A stretch of DNA of 64,000 nucleotides from NCBI GenBank assembly GCA_963733675.1, contig CAVTET010000005.1, positions 192,001-256,000 on the forward strand, written 5' to 3'. This stretch comes from an uncultured Methanosarcinaceae archaeon. GTDB taxonomy: Archaea > Halobacteriota > Methanosarcinia > Methanosarcinales > Methanosarcinaceae. The notes below the pieces were generated by a model that searched no databases, was not told the DNA's origin, and saw nothing but the letters and a program-made list of their open reading frames with translations. Below, piece by piece: positions 21,520 through 33,273 of the stretch. Position 1 is the first letter of the stretch; each line of letters opens with the position of its first letter. The position numbers and the translations under genes are program-made.

Positions 21520-23574
21520 ATGGTGTATAATAGTAATCAAAAAATGTCCGGTAGGGGTATAACCACATCTGAGTTCAATAATGTTACTGAAGGGAATGAA
21601 TCCAATCAAGTTACCGGAGAATCTGAATCTAATCAGATTAAATCTAAGCCTGATATTAATTATGATATGGATGAAGATGTCGATATCGGCTTTATATTTG
21701 AAAACACTTCTAATATAGATGTCCCTAAACTTCTTATCGACCAGGTGTTAGGACAGGAGCATGCAGTAGAAGTAGTAAAAAAAGCAGCCAGCCAAAGACG
21801 ACACATCATGATGATCGGTACCCCAGGTACAGGGAAATCCCTGCTTGCAAAAGCCATGGCCGAGCTCCTTCCTAAGGAAGAACTCAAGGATATACTTGTA
21901 TATCCTAACATGGAAGACCTGAACAATCCTAAAATCAGAGAAGTTCCTGCTGGGAAAGGCAGAGAAATTGTTATGGCTCATAAGATGGAAGCTAGAAAGA
22001 AAGCCCAGGCCAGAAACATGCTTATGATGCTCTTTGTAGTTGGCATTATAGTTTATTCTTACTTTGTTGCCCAATTGCTCTGGGGCATAATTGCAGGTAT
22101 AATGATCCTCATGTTAACCCGCCAGTTTCTTCCTAAAGAGGAAATGATGATCCCGAAATTGGCAGTTTCTAATTATGATAAAGAGCACGCACCCTATATT
22201 GATGGAACTGGAGCACATGCAGGAGCCCTGCTTGGTGATGTGAGACATGACCCATTCCAGTCCGGAGGACTTGAGACTCCTGCACATGATAGAGTAGAGG
22301 CTGGAGATATCCACAAGGCCCATAAAGGAGTACTCTTCATTGATGAGATCAATACTCTCAGGTTGGAGTCCCAACAGAGTCTACTGACAGCGCTTCAGGA
22401 AAAGGAATATCCGATTACAGGGCAATCCGAGAGGAGTTCAGGGGCTCTTGTTAAAACTGAACCTGTACCCTGTGATTTTATTATGGTTTCTGCAGGGAAC
22501 CTGGATGCAGTTCATAAGATGCACCCTGCGCTCAGGTCGAGAATAAAAGGCTATGGATATGAAGTCTACATGCGTGATTCCATGGAAGATACTTCTGAAA
22601 ATAGGAAGAAAATGGTCCGTTTTGTTGCCCAGGAAGTTGTTCGGGACGGGCATATCCCTCACTTTGACGAAGGTGCAGTAGAAGAAGTAATCAGGGAAGC
22701 CAGAAGGCGGGCAGGTCGAAAAGGCCACCTTACTTTAAAGCTCCGTGATCTTGGAGGACTTGTGCGTGTAGCAGGTGATATTGCCCATTCCGAGGACGCT
22801 TCAATCACAACCTCAGAACATGTGCTTGCGGCAAAAAGGATTGCCAGGTCAATTGAACAGCAGCTTGCAGACAGCTACCTTGAACAGCGCAAGGAGTATG
22901 AATCCTTCCTGAGAAAAGGTTCTGCTGTTGGAAGGGTCAACGGACTTGCAGTTATGGGAGGAGACTCCGGCATTGTCCTACCTATCGTATCCGAAGTTAC
23001 TCCTGCAATTTCTGGAGCTGAAGGACGCATTATCGCAACAGGGAAGCTCAAGACCATTGCAAAGGAAGCGGTGCAGAATGTCTCTGCAGTGATTAAAAAT
23101 ATGACCGGTGCAGATATCTCCAGACATGATGTCCACATCCAGTTCGTAGGAACATATGAAGGTGTGGAAGGAGACAGCGCATCGGTTTCAATTGCTACAG
23201 CCGTCATATCTGCTATTGAAAAGATCCCAGTGGATCAGACTGTGGCAATGACAGGTTCCCTTTCAGTCAGAGGAGATGTCCTGCCTGTAGGTGGAGTGAC
23301 CTATAAGATCGAAGCTGCGGCCCAAGCAGGTATGAAGAAAGTTATTATCCCAAAGGCAAATGAAGCGGATGTTCTTATCGAAAGGGCATACAGAGACAAG
23401 ATTCAAATCATTCCGGTTTCTACCATTGCGGAAGTAATGGAACACAGTCTAGTAGGCCCGAGAAAGAATACAATTATAGAAAAACTCAAGAATATTACCA
23501 AACTCAGTTTCGACATTCCAGAAGTCTCACCCACTTCCGTTCAGGCCAAGAGTCTATTTGGGTGCAGGAACTGA
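21520..23574 (+). CDS. lonB: Archaeal membrane-bound ATP-dependent protease LonB
   Basis: GTPGTGKS, TM insertion within the AAA+ module, LFIDEIN, catalytic GDSAS and KIEAA (Ser-Lys dyad). Confidence 0.95.
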   Translation: MVYNSNQKMSGRGITTSEFNNVTEGNESNQVTGESESNQIKSKPDINYDMDEDVDIGFIFENTSNIDVPKLLIDQVLGQEHAVEVVKKAASQRRHIMMIGTPGTGKSLLAKAMAELLPKEELKDILVYPNMEDLNNPKIREVPAGKGREIVMAHKMEARKKAQARNMLMMLFVVGIIVYSYFVAQLLWGIIAGIMILMLTRQFLPKEEMMIPKLAVSNYDKEHAPYIDGTGAHAGALLGDVRHDPFQSGGLETPAHDRVEAGDIHKAHKGVLFIDEINTLRLESQQSLLTALQEKEYPITGQSERSSGALVKTEPVPCDFIMVSAGNLDAVHKMHPALRSRIKGYGYEVYMRDSMEDTSENRKKMVRFVAQEVVRDGHIPHFDEGAVEEVIREARRRAGRKGHLTLKLRDLGGLVRVAGDIAHSEDASITTSEHVLAAKRIARSIEQQLADSYLEQRKEYESFLRKGSAVGRVNGLAVMGGDSGIVLPIVSEVTPAISGAEGRIIATGKLKTIAKEAVQNVSAVIKNMTGADISRHDVHIQFVGTYEGVEGDSASVSIATAVISAIEKIPVDQTVAMTGSLSVRGDVLPVGGVTYKIEAAAQAGMKKVIIPKANEADVLIERAYRDKIQIIPVSTIAEVMEHSLVGPRKNTIIEKLKNITKLSFDIPEVSPTSVQAKSLFGCRN

Positions 23575-23576
23575 TC

Positions 23577-24917
23577 ATGAAAAGCATTATTCGGGGCATT
23601 AAATTTTGTGACTGCAGGATAGTAGGAGGTAGTTTCATCTCTATTATCCTGGATAATGGAAGGCTAGAGGAAATTTCCAAAAACTTTACACGAGGAGCAG
23701 GTATAAGGGCTCTATGTGGGGGTTCATGGGGTTATACAGCTGTTGAAGGGGAAATTGATCTCAAGCAAGGGATCGAAGCTGCCTCAAAACTTGCTTTTTC
23801 TATGAATGCGAACACCCCCAAAGAAAGCGTTGAACTTGTGCCTGTAAATCCTCCCAAAATCAAAAATCTTCCTGAAATAAAAATTGATCCAAGGGATGTT
23901 TCCATCGAGGAGAAAGTCGACCTTTTGATGAGCATTCAGGCCAATGCAAAGGTCAAAGGAGTTCACAGCACAAAAGTAACATATATGGAAGCCGAATTCA
24001 AAATTGAATACCAAAGTTCTGACGGGCTGGAATGCGAATATGAACTTCTGAATGTCGGCTTTGCCGTTTCTGCAGTGGCCTCAGAGAATGGTGAATATCA
24101 AGCAGGCAGAGAAAGCCGCTTTGGGTACGGCTATGAGCTTTTTGAAAAAGAAAACGTTATGGAACTTGCAAGCATAGCAGGAAATACTGCAGTCGAACTT
24201 CTTAAAGCCAAAACCCCTAAAGGTGGAGAAATGCCTGTACTGCTTGATCAGGAGCTTGCCGGAGTCTTTGTGCATGAAGCTGTAGGACATGCATCAGAAG
24301 CCGATCTTGTCCTTGAGGGGGATTCCATCCTTAAAAACAGAATCGGAGAACAGATCGCGTCTCCTCTTATTACTATCATCGACGACCCCACTCTGCACGA
24401 GTTTGGATACTACCCTTTTGATGCAGAAGGAGTACAATCAAAAAAAACAGAAATTATTCGGGAGGGGATTTTAAATTCCTATCTGCATTCCCGTGAAACG
24501 GCTGCCAAACTTGGAGGAACCCCAGGGAACTGTAGAGCTCAGGGATATTCCATGCCAGTTGTCAGGATGAGTAATACATTCGTAGATAACGGGGATTCCA
24601 GGTTTGAAGAGATGCTTGAAGAGCTTCGAGATGGAATATATCTTATCGGTTCCAGAGGTGGGCAGGTAAATACCGGAGAAGGAATTTTCCAGTTCAATGC
24701 CGAAAAAGGATACATGATCAGGAACGGGGAACTTACAAAACTTATACGTGATGTCTCCCTATCTGGCAAGATCCTTGAGATTCTTAACCATGTAACTCTG
24801 GTGGGCAATGACATGAAAATAACTGCAGGAAGATGCGGAAAAGCAGGACAAATTATTCCAGTATCAGACGGTTCCCCACATCTTGCCATCTCAAAAGCCC
24901 TTGTAGGAGGTTCATGA
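23577..24917 (+). CDS. tldD: TldD metalloprotease
   Basis: HEAVGHASEAD zinc motif, PVVRMSNT, C-terminal GRCGKAGQ..PVSDGSPH. Start may be GTG 23562 or ATG 23577. Confidence 0.9.
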   Translation: MKSIIRGIKFCDCRIVGGSFISIILDNGRLEEISKNFTRGAGIRALCGGSWGYTAVEGEIDLKQGIEAASKLAFSMNANTPKESVELVPVNPPKIKNLPEIKIDPRDVSIEEKVDLLMSIQANAKVKGVHSTKVTYMEAEFKIEYQSSDGLECEYELLNVGFAVSAVASENGEYQAGRESRFGYGYELFEKENVMELASIAGNTAVELLKAKTPKGGEMPVLLDQELAGVFVHEAVGHASEADLVLEGDSILKNRIGEQIASPLITIIDDPTLHEFGYYPFDAEGVQSKKTEIIREGILNSYLHSRETAAKLGGTPGNCRAQGYSMPVVRMSNTFVDNGDSRFEEMLEELRDGIYLIGSRGGQVNTGEGIFQFNAEKGYMIRNGELTKLIRDVSLSGKILEILNHVTLVGNDMKITAGRCGKAGQIIPVSDGSPHLAISKALVGGS

Positions 24918-26230
24918 AGATGTATGAACTTGCAAGAAAAGCCCTCCAGTTGGCAGAGAAAATTGGGGCAGAAGAAGCTGAAATTTATTATGCTTCTAAT
25001 CACTCAACAAGTGTGAATTTCCGGAAGGATTCCCTTGAAAATGCCAAAGATCGTTTTTCAGAAGGTATTGGAATCCGAGCCATAGTAAATGGAGCAGTGG
25101 GTTTTGCTAGTACGAATTCTGCACGTGAACTTAAGAATGCTATAGAAGTTGCAGTCGCAGAAGCCAGGGTTGGGAGAAAGGATTCCGATCGGATGGGACT
25201 TCCATCTGATGGGAAATACCAAAAGGTTTCAGGGATTTTCGATAAGAGAGTCGAGACTCTTGAGCTCGAAGAGTGTATTGACTATGCGATGGCTCTTGTT
25301 GAAGGTACAAAAGAGTATCCAGGTACGCTTCCAACATCTGGAGGCTTTACCCGAGCAAAAAGCAGACAGCTTATCCTGAACACAAACGGGATTGATATTG
25401 AAGAAGAATCCTCAATTGTTTCCGGTTTTGTGGATGTTATTACGGTAAACGGGCAGATTTCAACAGCCTATGATTTTGCTATTTCTCGTTCCCTTGACAT
25501 TGATTTTTTTGCTCTCGGGGAAAATGCATCTGATCTTGCTCTTAAGTCCAATGGGGGAATTAAAATCGAACCGCAAAAAATCGATGTAATCTTCCATCCC
25601 TTTGCTTTTTCAGATATCATTGAAGATGTCCTTGCCCCCTCCCTTGACGCTGACAATGTCCAGAAGGGAAGGTCAGGACTTATAGATAAGATTGGGAAAG
25701 AATTGGCAGTTCCCGAACTCTGTATCTATGATGATGGTCTGATCGAGTCCGGAATCGAGACTTCAGCTTCGGATGACGAAGGAGTTCCTTCACAGCGTAC
25801 GACCGTGATTGAGGAAGGTGTGCTTGTGACTTATCTTCATGATAATCATACCGCTAGAAAAGCAGGCATAAAAAGCACAGGAAATGGTTTAAGGGCTTCT
25901 TATTCAAGTCCTCCTTCAGTGGGGCTCAGAAATTTCATAATCGACTACCCTCAAAAGGATGTTATCGCTGATACAGAGTACGGGGTTTTCGTGAATACGA
26001 TTATTGGTTCTCACACTGCAAATTCAATTTCCGGGGACTTTTCGGTTGAAGCAAGAAATGCTTTCACAATTAGAGACGGAGCTCTTGATAACCCTATAAA
26101 GTCGCTTATGGTTTCTGGCAATGCTTTTGAGCTCTTAAAACAGATCACGGGTGCAGGTTTTGATGTAAGAAGAGTCGGAGGCATAATTATACCTTCAGTC
26201 CGTGTTTCAAATTTAAGTGTAATAGGTTAA
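24914..26230 (+). CDS. pmbA: PmbA/TldE protein
   Basis: TldD-like (DDEGVPSQRT, STGNG, SGDFSV) but lacks HExxxH; ATG overlaps the tldD stop (ATGA). Confidence 0.88.
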   Translation: MKMYELARKALQLAEKIGAEEAEIYYASNHSTSVNFRKDSLENAKDRFSEGIGIRAIVNGAVGFASTNSARELKNAIEVAVAEARVGRKDSDRMGLPSDGKYQKVSGIFDKRVETLELEECIDYAMALVEGTKEYPGTLPTSGGFTRAKSRQLILNTNGIDIEEESSIVSGFVDVITVNGQISTAYDFAISRSLDIDFFALGENASDLALKSNGGIKIEPQKIDVIFHPFAFSDIIEDVLAPSLDADNVQKGRSGLIDKIGKELAVPELCIYDDGLIESGIETSASDDEGVPSQRTTVIEEGVLVTYLHDNHTARKAGIKSTGNGLRASYSSPPSVGLRNFIIDYPQKDVIADTEYGVFVNTIIGSHTANSISGDFSVEARNAFTIRDGALDNPIKSLMVSGNAFELLKQITGAGFDVRRVGGIIIPSVRVSNLSVIG

Positions 26231-26349
26231 GGAAGCTTTAAGATTCTTTTTTAACACTTCTTAAAACTTATATCATATCTTCTGGGATCACAAAAACTCA
26301 TCAATATTCTCAGCACCCTGCGAATGCAATAAATAAAAAACACTTTTTG

Positions 26350-27417
26350 CTGAGATACACATTAACGGTATCTATTTTCTCAATATGATAGTACCTTAAA
26401 AATTAATCCAACTTTCAATAAATAATAGTAGACAAATAAGCAAATAAATTCAGCAAAAGATAGTGATTATAACAAGAAAACTGCACACTGTATTATTTTT
26501 TCAATAGTATATTAGGAACTTTTCCTGCTTTGAATATTTCTTTAGTTACTGCATAAACTTGTTTCGTTGGATTTTTTTGAGATGGTCCTCTTGTTTCTTA
26601 ATACGTCACTTATTCCCAGATGATATTCTTTTATTGCTTTTTTCATTGTTGCATCATAACCTTTTGATTTTGCTCCAAAGTATTCTCTGTTTCTATAAAC
26701 CACCTAATTTTTTTCTGATTAATCTACCTGAGAATCATGAAGTGATCAGTTGTTGTTTTGAATATTCTGATACGCTCATAATCCCTGTCTATTATGTCAT
26801 GAAGTTTGTATAGAAGCGTGACTGACAACTTTTTTTGTGTATATTTCGTTTCTGCTTCTCTTTTTTTTGCTTGATTTTATCGAGTTTTACTGCTTTTGCA
26901 TGTTAAATCTTAATGGATAAAAGTAGGATCCTGAATCATTCCCGTTTTTATTTTCAAAAACGAGGCAATCAAGTTGGCTTTGCAACTATTCCTCTGTTTC
27001 TTCTTCATTTCAGTTATCAATATTTTTTTTCTGAATTATTAGGCTATAGTACTGTCTTGTATGTGCTAAGGAAAACTAAGAAATTTTCTGAAAGACATTA
27101 GATCAATACATTGTTTCTCAAGTTCAAAGTTTGGAAGACCACGCAATTTATGTAAAACAAATGTTTTTAACATAACGATTACTTTAGCTTCGGGTCTAAA
27201 TCATGGAACTGTTTTATTAAAATATATTAACTCAAAAATGATACAAAAATTATAATCAATTAAGTGATCAATTTCATCAAGTTTGTCCCTAACTGACTAA
27301 AAACGTTTGTATCCTTATTTAAGAGCAAATTCTGTAAAAATTTTCATAAGCAAAAATTATTTTCAAGAGATTTAAACTCTACAATGCTCAAATGTTAGAG
27401 TTTATCTGAATTCTCTA
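26350..27417 (-). mobile_element. Decayed IS5-family element (transposase pseudogene), copy 1
   Basis: Minus-strand fragments MKIFTEFALK*GYKR, YKLHDIIDRDYERIRIFKTT and YAVTKEIFKAGK with many stops and shifts; terminal gtttatctgaattctcta. Left boundary approximate. Confidence 0.75.
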
Positions 27418-27814
27418 TAATCTAATAACTGGCCTTAAAAGAAGATTAAGGGTATAAAATTTTACAGAAATTATGTACGCTCACTACATGCCAGATTGTA
27501 TTAAAAAATAGCATTCTTGCAATGTATAATTCGAAACATGTAAGTATCTAGAAATCTTTTTTTACTCGATATACAGGTTATACATTTTAATCTTTTTCTC
27601 CATTCAGGAGGTATTTGTTTGCCAAATTTGCTTATTAGATTCACTTTTTTATTTGTTCAAATGAGATCTATTCTTAGCCCTGATACAACATTGCAGCATT
27701 ATTGAAAAATTGTCCACAGTCTTTAACATATGTTCAAGAGGATTCCCGATCTTTATCAATGAATAAAAGAAAAAAGTACTCAGCTACTTAGGGTATTACC
27801 TATATTTTAGAGAA

Positions 27815-28693
27815 TTACTTCCCGCGAAGTCTGGCCATATAAAGTAACCTTGGAGTATTTTTATGAGATCCTATAGGCATAATATGGATTCCTCGCGAAA
27901 GTTTTACGAGCTCGGATATCACTTCTGATGCTATAGAAAGACCTTCTTCCATCGGATTAGACGCCTTTCTCATGCGGAATATTATTTCCTCAGGTACACT
28001 GATTCCAGATATGTTTCTATTCATGAATTCAGCCATTCCAAGAGACTTAAGAGGGATCAAGCCTGCAATTACGGGTACATCGAGGTGGTCTATGGCTTCC
28101 ATAAATTCCTCAAACATACCCAAATCAAAGACAGCTTGGGTCTGGATAAAATAAGCTCCACACTTAACCTTTTTTTCAAGCTTTATGAGTTGTAGGGGAT
28201 TAGCAGGATTTATTCCGGAGACAGCACCAGTACAAAAGGAAGTTCCTCCTTTTAGTTTATTTCCTGCAAAATCAATGCCTGAATCAAGTTTTCTGACAAG
28301 TTGAAGAAGCTGCACTGAATCTAGATCATATACAGGTTTTGAGCCAGGATGATCTCCGCACGAAGGGAAATCCCCGGTCATTAAGCAAATATTCCGGATA
28401 CCCAATGCATAAGCTCCCAACAAATCTGACTGAAGTCCAAGCCTATTCCTGTCACGGCAAGTTAACTGCATAATGGGCTCGTGCCCATCATCGAGCAGAA
28501 GCTTACTAAAAGCTAGGGAACTCATATGCATTATCGAGCATTGATTGTCAGTGACGTTTAGAGCATCTATGACGCCTTTGAGCTGGCTAGCATCTTCCAA
28601 GGAAACTGAAAAGTTGGTTCCCTTTGGAGGAGAGATTTCAGCAGTAACCAGAAATTTGCTGGAATTCAGTTTATCACGAAAATTAAGATGCAT
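27815..28693 (-). CDS. metF: Methylenetetrahydrofolate reductase, catalytic (MetF-type)
   Basis: TAEISPPKG, NVTDNQ, MQLTCRDRNRLGLQSDL, MTGD, FIQTQAVFD. Confidence 0.9.
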   Translation of the reverse strand: MHLNFRDKLNSSKFLVTAEISPPKGTNFSVSLEDASQLKGVIDALNVTDNQCSIMHMSSLAFSKLLLDDGHEPIMQLTCRDRNRLGLQSDLLGAYALGIRNICLMTGDFPSCGDHPGSKPVYDLDSVQLLQLVRKLDSGIDFAGNKLKGGTSFCTGAVSGINPANPLQLIKLEKKVKCGAYFIQTQAVFDLGMFEEFMEAIDHLDVPVIAGLIPLKSLGMAEFMNRNISGISVPEEIIFRMRKASNPMEEGLSIASEVISELVKLSRGIHIMPIGSHKNTPRLLYMARLRGK

Positions 28694-28717
28694 CAAATAA
28701 GAATACTAGAAATGAAA

Positions 28718-29332
28718 TTATTTAAAACCATGCTCCTGAGGGGTATGTATATTATAAAGAAGATCAAGCCTCTCGATTTTTTTCAAGCGCTCATAAATAA
28801 GATTCCATGCACAATCCTTCAATCTATGTATTTCACACATACCGTCAACATTACCTCCACAGGGCCCGTTCAAAAGTCCTTTTGAGCATTGGGCTTTAGG
28901 ACATATCCCCCCAAATTCACCTATGGTACAGTCTCCACACATTACACACTGATTGGAAATAAGCTTACCCCCACTCAAACCTCCCAAGGAAATAGTATCA
29001 CTCGAGCCGTACACAGGGATACCCACTACATTAGCTATGGAGGAAACACCACTGCCACAGGCCATTACAAGGATACAACAAGCGTCAATTATTTTCTCAT
29101 TTTTCTCAATTAGGGACTCAAAAGATCGTATGCTACAGGCTGCAGTAGGAAGAGCCCAGCCTACTACCTGCTTTCCACTCTCCTCAAGTTTTCTACACAT
29201 CTCAAGAACTTCGGGTTCCCCGCCAGTCCGTAGTTTTGCAGCGCAGACATTGCATCCGATAACGAATATGTTGTCTTCATTTTTTAAGAGGGCAAGAATC
29301 ACCTCAAAAGGTTTTGCTGAAGTTATAATCAT
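28718..29332 (-). CDS. MetV-like MTHFR partner (Cys-rich MTHFR C-terminal domain)
   Basis: GCNVCAAK, CVMCGDC...CPKAQCSKGLLNGPCGG...CE..DCAW; lies directly upstream of metF. Confidence 0.85.
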   Translation of the reverse strand: MIITSAKPFEVILALLKNEDNIFVIGCNVCAAKLRTGGEPEVLEMCRKLEESGKQVVGWALPTAACSIRSFESLIEKNEKIIDACCILVMACGSGVSSIANVVGIPVYGSSDTISLGGLSGGKLISNQCVMCGDCTIGEFGGICPKAQCSKGLLNGPCGGNVDGMCEIHRLKDCAWNLIYERLKKIERLDLLYNIHTPQEHGFK

Positions 29333-29334
29333 AA

Positions 29335-30561
29335 TTACCTCAAATATCGATATTCCAGATCGTTTCGGTTTGCAATACATTCGTAGATCATTTCGCCGAT
29401 AAGTGGAAGGGGGTTACCCTGCCTCTTGAGTTTTTTGGAAACACGCTCAAGTTGCAGCATAGTGCCCATTATAAGTACATCAGTCATTTCCATTTCATGG
29501 AAAACTGTATTCCTTTTCAAGGCTGCATTCCCCCCCAGAGAAAGCATTTCTTGTTTTATTATGAGACACTCTGTCGTTTTAAGGTTACGAATTTTCAGCA
29601 TTAAATGAATGTTTTTGTGCTGCATTACTTGTGAGCTTATATTTGTTGCCCCAATTTCACGCATTGCTACTGCTGCATCCTGAGGAGTCTTTACCTCAAG
29701 AAAAGAAACTTCATATATACTCTCTTTTACTACATTTGCCCGACTTCTGAGAGCTCCTCCAAGCCTTACAACGTCAAAGGTCTCAGGTACGTCATGCGTA
29801 CGAATAATATGAGCACCCTTGTAGGCTGCAATAGCTGCTGCAGCTAGGCTGCCATAGAGCCTTTCAGTTGCAGGTTTTCCAAGTACCTCCCCTATGAAGG
29901 ATTTTCTTGAAAGAGCTGCCAATAAGGGCTTTTCAAAAATATTAAGGCGTTCAAAATCATCAAGGATTTCAAAATCATGGATAGGAAGCTTAAATTCTGT
30001 CCAGCTGCCTATAGCAGGGTCAAGGATCAGATTTTTCTGGTTGATACCTCCAGCTTCAGCAGCCCATATAATAGAATCAAGTGCTTCAATGATAGAGTTC
30101 ATTCCCAACGTGTCTCCTGGCCCTTTTATAGAGGCCATGACAATTGCAGGACACCCATATTCTGCGACTACTTTGATCATTCTAGGATCTGTGGTAAAAC
30201 CTGAGACATCGTTTATAATGTCAGCTCCTCTTTTGAGAGCTTCTTCTGCGACTTCAGGAAACATTGTATCAACGGAAATAACGGCATCCACATTGCCTTT
30301 AAGAGCCTCAAGAGCTGGCAAAATGCGTTCTATTTCTTCTTTCTTGCTTATCTGTTCGGAAAAACGCCAGGTTGAACGGGCTCCAAGATCCAAGAAAGTT
30401 GCTCCATCTTTAACCATCTTTAGGGCAATCTCAAGTATTGAATCCTGGCTCACAACAGAGCTTTCGTAAAAGGATTCGGGGCTCAGGTTAATTACACCCA
30501 TTATATGTGAAGGGTATCTATCTCCCACCTTTATACCACAGATATCAGTATCAACGACCAT
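29335..30561 (-). CDS. folP: Dihydropteroate synthase with C-terminal extension domain
   Basis: MGVINLSPESFY, DLGARST, ISVDT, INDVSG, LDPAIG, LSRKSFIG, IIRTHDV. Confidence 0.9.
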   Translation of the reverse strand: MVVDTDICGIKVGDRYPSHIMGVINLSPESFYESSVVSQDSILEIALKMVKDGATFLDLGARSTWRFSEQISKKEEIERILPALEALKGNVDAVISVDTMFPEVAEEALKRGADIINDVSGFTTDPRMIKVVAEYGCPAIVMASIKGPGDTLGMNSIIEALDSIIWAAEAGGINQKNLILDPAIGSWTEFKLPIHDFEILDDFERLNIFEKPLLAALSRKSFIGEVLGKPATERLYGSLAAAAIAAYKGAHIIRTHDVPETFDVVRLGGALRSRANVVKESIYEVSFLEVKTPQDAAVAMREIGATNISSQVMQHKNIHLMLKIRNLKTTECLIIKQEMLSLGGNAALKRNTVFHEMEMTDVLIMGTMLQLERVSKKLKRQGNPLPLIGEMIYECIANRNDLEYRYLR

Positions 30562-30949
30562 TTTTGACAACCAAATTATATAGATTTATGAATCAACTAA
30601 CGCCAACAAGCACATAATGAATATTGACAAGAAAATACTGATGATAACCGAATTCCCAGATCTTTTCAGTCATGAGATCTTTTCAGCGCCAGGCCCTTGA
30701 ACTATGGCTGAGATCCATAAAAATTTGTATTATTTTTTGGGTTCATGATTTATTGAAGTCGCAGAGTGTGGGAAATAATGATGCATTTTTGCAACACCAG
30801 AAGATATTCAAAAGTTTCCGATTCATTTCATTTCGTCTATTGAGAATATATTGTGATATTCCTGAAAAAAACCTTTTTATTTGGTCACCAGAGATTTCCG
30901 GATAGAAACCGTGATTTATCAGGTGGATTTGCTTACAGACTTATAATAA

Positions 30950-31041
30950 AGCGGATTTCAATAAATTTCTGATTTCCACGAGTCAATTATATGAACTTTA
31001 TAGGCATATGACGAAATTGAGTTGTTTATCGGAATCCTCTA
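30950..31041 (+). mobile_element. ~95-bp MITE (family A), well-preserved copy
   Basis: gcggatttcaataaatttctgatttccacgagtcaattatat...ggcatatgacgaaatt...gtttatcggaatcctcta. Confidence 0.75.
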
Positions 31042-31519
31042 CAAATAATAAACCCAGATTGTTATAAAATACGCTTCAATGATACATATAAATATTGATG
31101 TGTGAAATTGACTTAATACAATTGTAAAAGCAATATTGCATATCGATTGAAAAACTGGCTCTAAAAAATAATTGCGATTACTGATTAAACTTGTTAGAGC
31201 GAAAAGAGAAGTCAAATTTTTTAATCTGGCACCATTGGTAAAATAATTATTTTTGTTTTAGTATGAAAAACATGGGAATAAGAATACCATATTCTAACAT
31301 GATTATCTGATTCCTCAGCAATCGATATTTGCTGCAGTTTCAAATGATTATTCTGTCTATTTCACAATTCTTTCGATTTAGTTCACAAGAAAAAAGACTT
31401 ATCAATACATATTAAGAGAATTACTATTTAATTATAAATTTTTGTTATTGGCTAGCCTATCGATCTATTTTCAACAATGTATGTATTTGATCAACTTTTT
31501 CTTTTAGGGTTCATTATTC

Positions 31520-31862
31520 TTTGATTTTAAAGATAACTTCCAATATCCGTAAAATAATGTTTTTATTTTCGATATTATCAACTGATATAGATTATAACAA
31601 ACAACTGTACATAAAATCTTCAAATTTATTCTTTGAACAGTAGTGATAAGAATTTTTCTTGCTTTGAATATCTTTTTAATTACTTAATAAAATAATTCAA
31701 ATGATGCTTTTTTTGAGCTAATTTTCCTGTTTCTTGATATACGCCTATTCCCAGAGGATGTTCTTTTCTGCTATTTTCATTTTGAATAATAACGTTTGAT
31801 TTTGCTCAAAAGTATCCTCTGTCACTATAAACAATTTCATTTATTTTGATAAACCTACATTC
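31520..31862 (-). mobile_element. Decayed IS5-family element, 3' fragment (copy 2)
   Basis: Colinear similarity to 26460-26720 and 36000-36310 (e.g. ctttgaacagtagtg..aagaa, ttgattttgctc..aagtatcctctgt). Confidence 0.7.
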
Positions 31863-31948
31863 GAATTTAGGTTTGTCAGATTACGGTGATAAATGCCAGC
31901 AACCCACAGTTTCAGAGCAACTGTGCATGTTAGCTGAAAGGATTGATA

Positions 31949-31992
31949 ACGTTACTGTTTGTAAAGAAACACGTTATGGTTTGTAAAGAAAC
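31949..31992. repeat. 22-bp imperfect tandem duplication
   Basis: acgttactgtttgtaaagaaac / acgttatggtttgtaaagaaac (20/22 identical). Confidence 0.7.
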
Positions 31993-32383
31993 ACTTAACT
32001 ATCCCGAACATGAGACTAAACTTGAGAATAAAGCTTTTCAATTAGTTGAACATCTAACGAATAACGTAGTCCCTAGGAATGGATAAATATATTTCAAAAC
32101 AAAAGAAACGATCGATTTCTTGAAATATACGATAACAGAAGAATACCGAATGAAAGATATCTAAGATCCAAGACAAGTAAAAAAGCCATTATAAAGAAGG
32201 CTCGACTTTTTCACGACTGTGTTTTCCTAGATAAGAAAAAGCATGGCAATAGAGATATAAGGATGATTCACAGACCACATCACAGTCTCAATAATTTCAA
32301 GTGTAGAATTCCATAGTGTGGTTCTAAGTTAGATGAAGGACGAAATGCTTAATTCACAGTTTTTTGTCTAAAAAAATAAAGCT

Positions 32384-33247
32384 TTAGAAATATTTTTCTG
32401 CACACATTAACACGTGCTTCATTAGCATGGCAATTGTAATCGGCCCTACGCCTCCAGGAACCGGAGTGAGAAGTGAAGCCTTTTTGATTACGTTTTCAAA
32501 ATCGACGTCTCCATACACGCCATTTTCTTCTTTGGTGATACCTACATCAAAGATAACTACCCCTTCCTTTACCATATCAGCTTTGATAAGGTATTTTACT
32601 CCTGCTGCAACTACAAGGATATCGGCTTCAAGTGTATATTTTTTAAGATTATCTGTAAACATATGGCAAACTGAAACAGTTGCATTACGATTCAGGAACA
32701 TTGCTGCCATGGGTCTTCCAACAACATTGCTGTGTCCGATAATAACCACATTTTTTCCCTTTACAGACACATTATACTCCTCAAGAACTCGGATGACTCC
32801 ATGGGGGGTACAAGGAACAAGACCTTCATCCCCGATCATGAGTTTTCCCATATTGTAAGGATGAAAACCATCTGCATCTTTTGTCGAGGTTATGGCTTCC
32901 ATTGCTTTCTGGGGAGAAAGATGCTTTGGAAGTGGAAGCTGAAGCAGGATCGCATGTACATTTATATCTCTGTTAAGATTATCAATCCGGGAAAAAAGAT
33001 CATCTTGACTGGCTTCTGCTGGAAGAAGGTAATCTTCTGCTCTAATGCCCACACGTTCACAGGCCTTGTGCTTAAGACGGACATACATCTTGGAAGCAGG
33101 ATCCTCACCAACAAGAATTGTCGCAAGCCCTGGGATAACTCCAAGGCTGTTTTTCAGTTCTTTGACTCCTGATCTTACTTCATCTTCGATATGTTGGGCA
33201 AGAAATTTCCCGTCTATTATCCGTGAATAATAGCTTTCAGATGACAT
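32384..33247 (-). CDS. folD: Bifunctional methylene-THF dehydrogenase/cyclohydrolase
   Basis: [50 protein letters not shown]. Confidence 0.95.
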   Translation of the reverse strand: MSSESYYSRIIDGKFLAQHIEDEVRSGVKELKNSLGVIPGLATILVGEDPASKMYVRLKHKACERVGIRAEDYLLPAEASQDDLFSRIDNLNRDINVHAILLQLPLPKHLSPQKAMEAITSTKDADGFHPYNMGKLMIGDEGLVPCTPHGVIRVLEEYNVSVKGKNVVIIGHSNVVGRPMAAMFLNRNATVSVCHMFTDNLKKYTLEADILVVAAGVKYLIKADMVKEGVVIFDVGITKEENGVYGDVDFENVIKKASLLTPVPGGVGPITIAMLMKHVLMCAEKYF

Positions 33248-33273
33248 TGGTAAGAACACCCTAACCTTTTAGA

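Noticed and set aside
26559-27101. Plus-strand ORFs 26559-26813 and 26913-27101
   Set aside because: Antisense to the decayed IS5 transposase.
30585-30905. ORF 30672-30905 and a minus-strand hydrophobic tail upstream of folP
   Set aside because: No recognisable motif; at most a short gene remnant.
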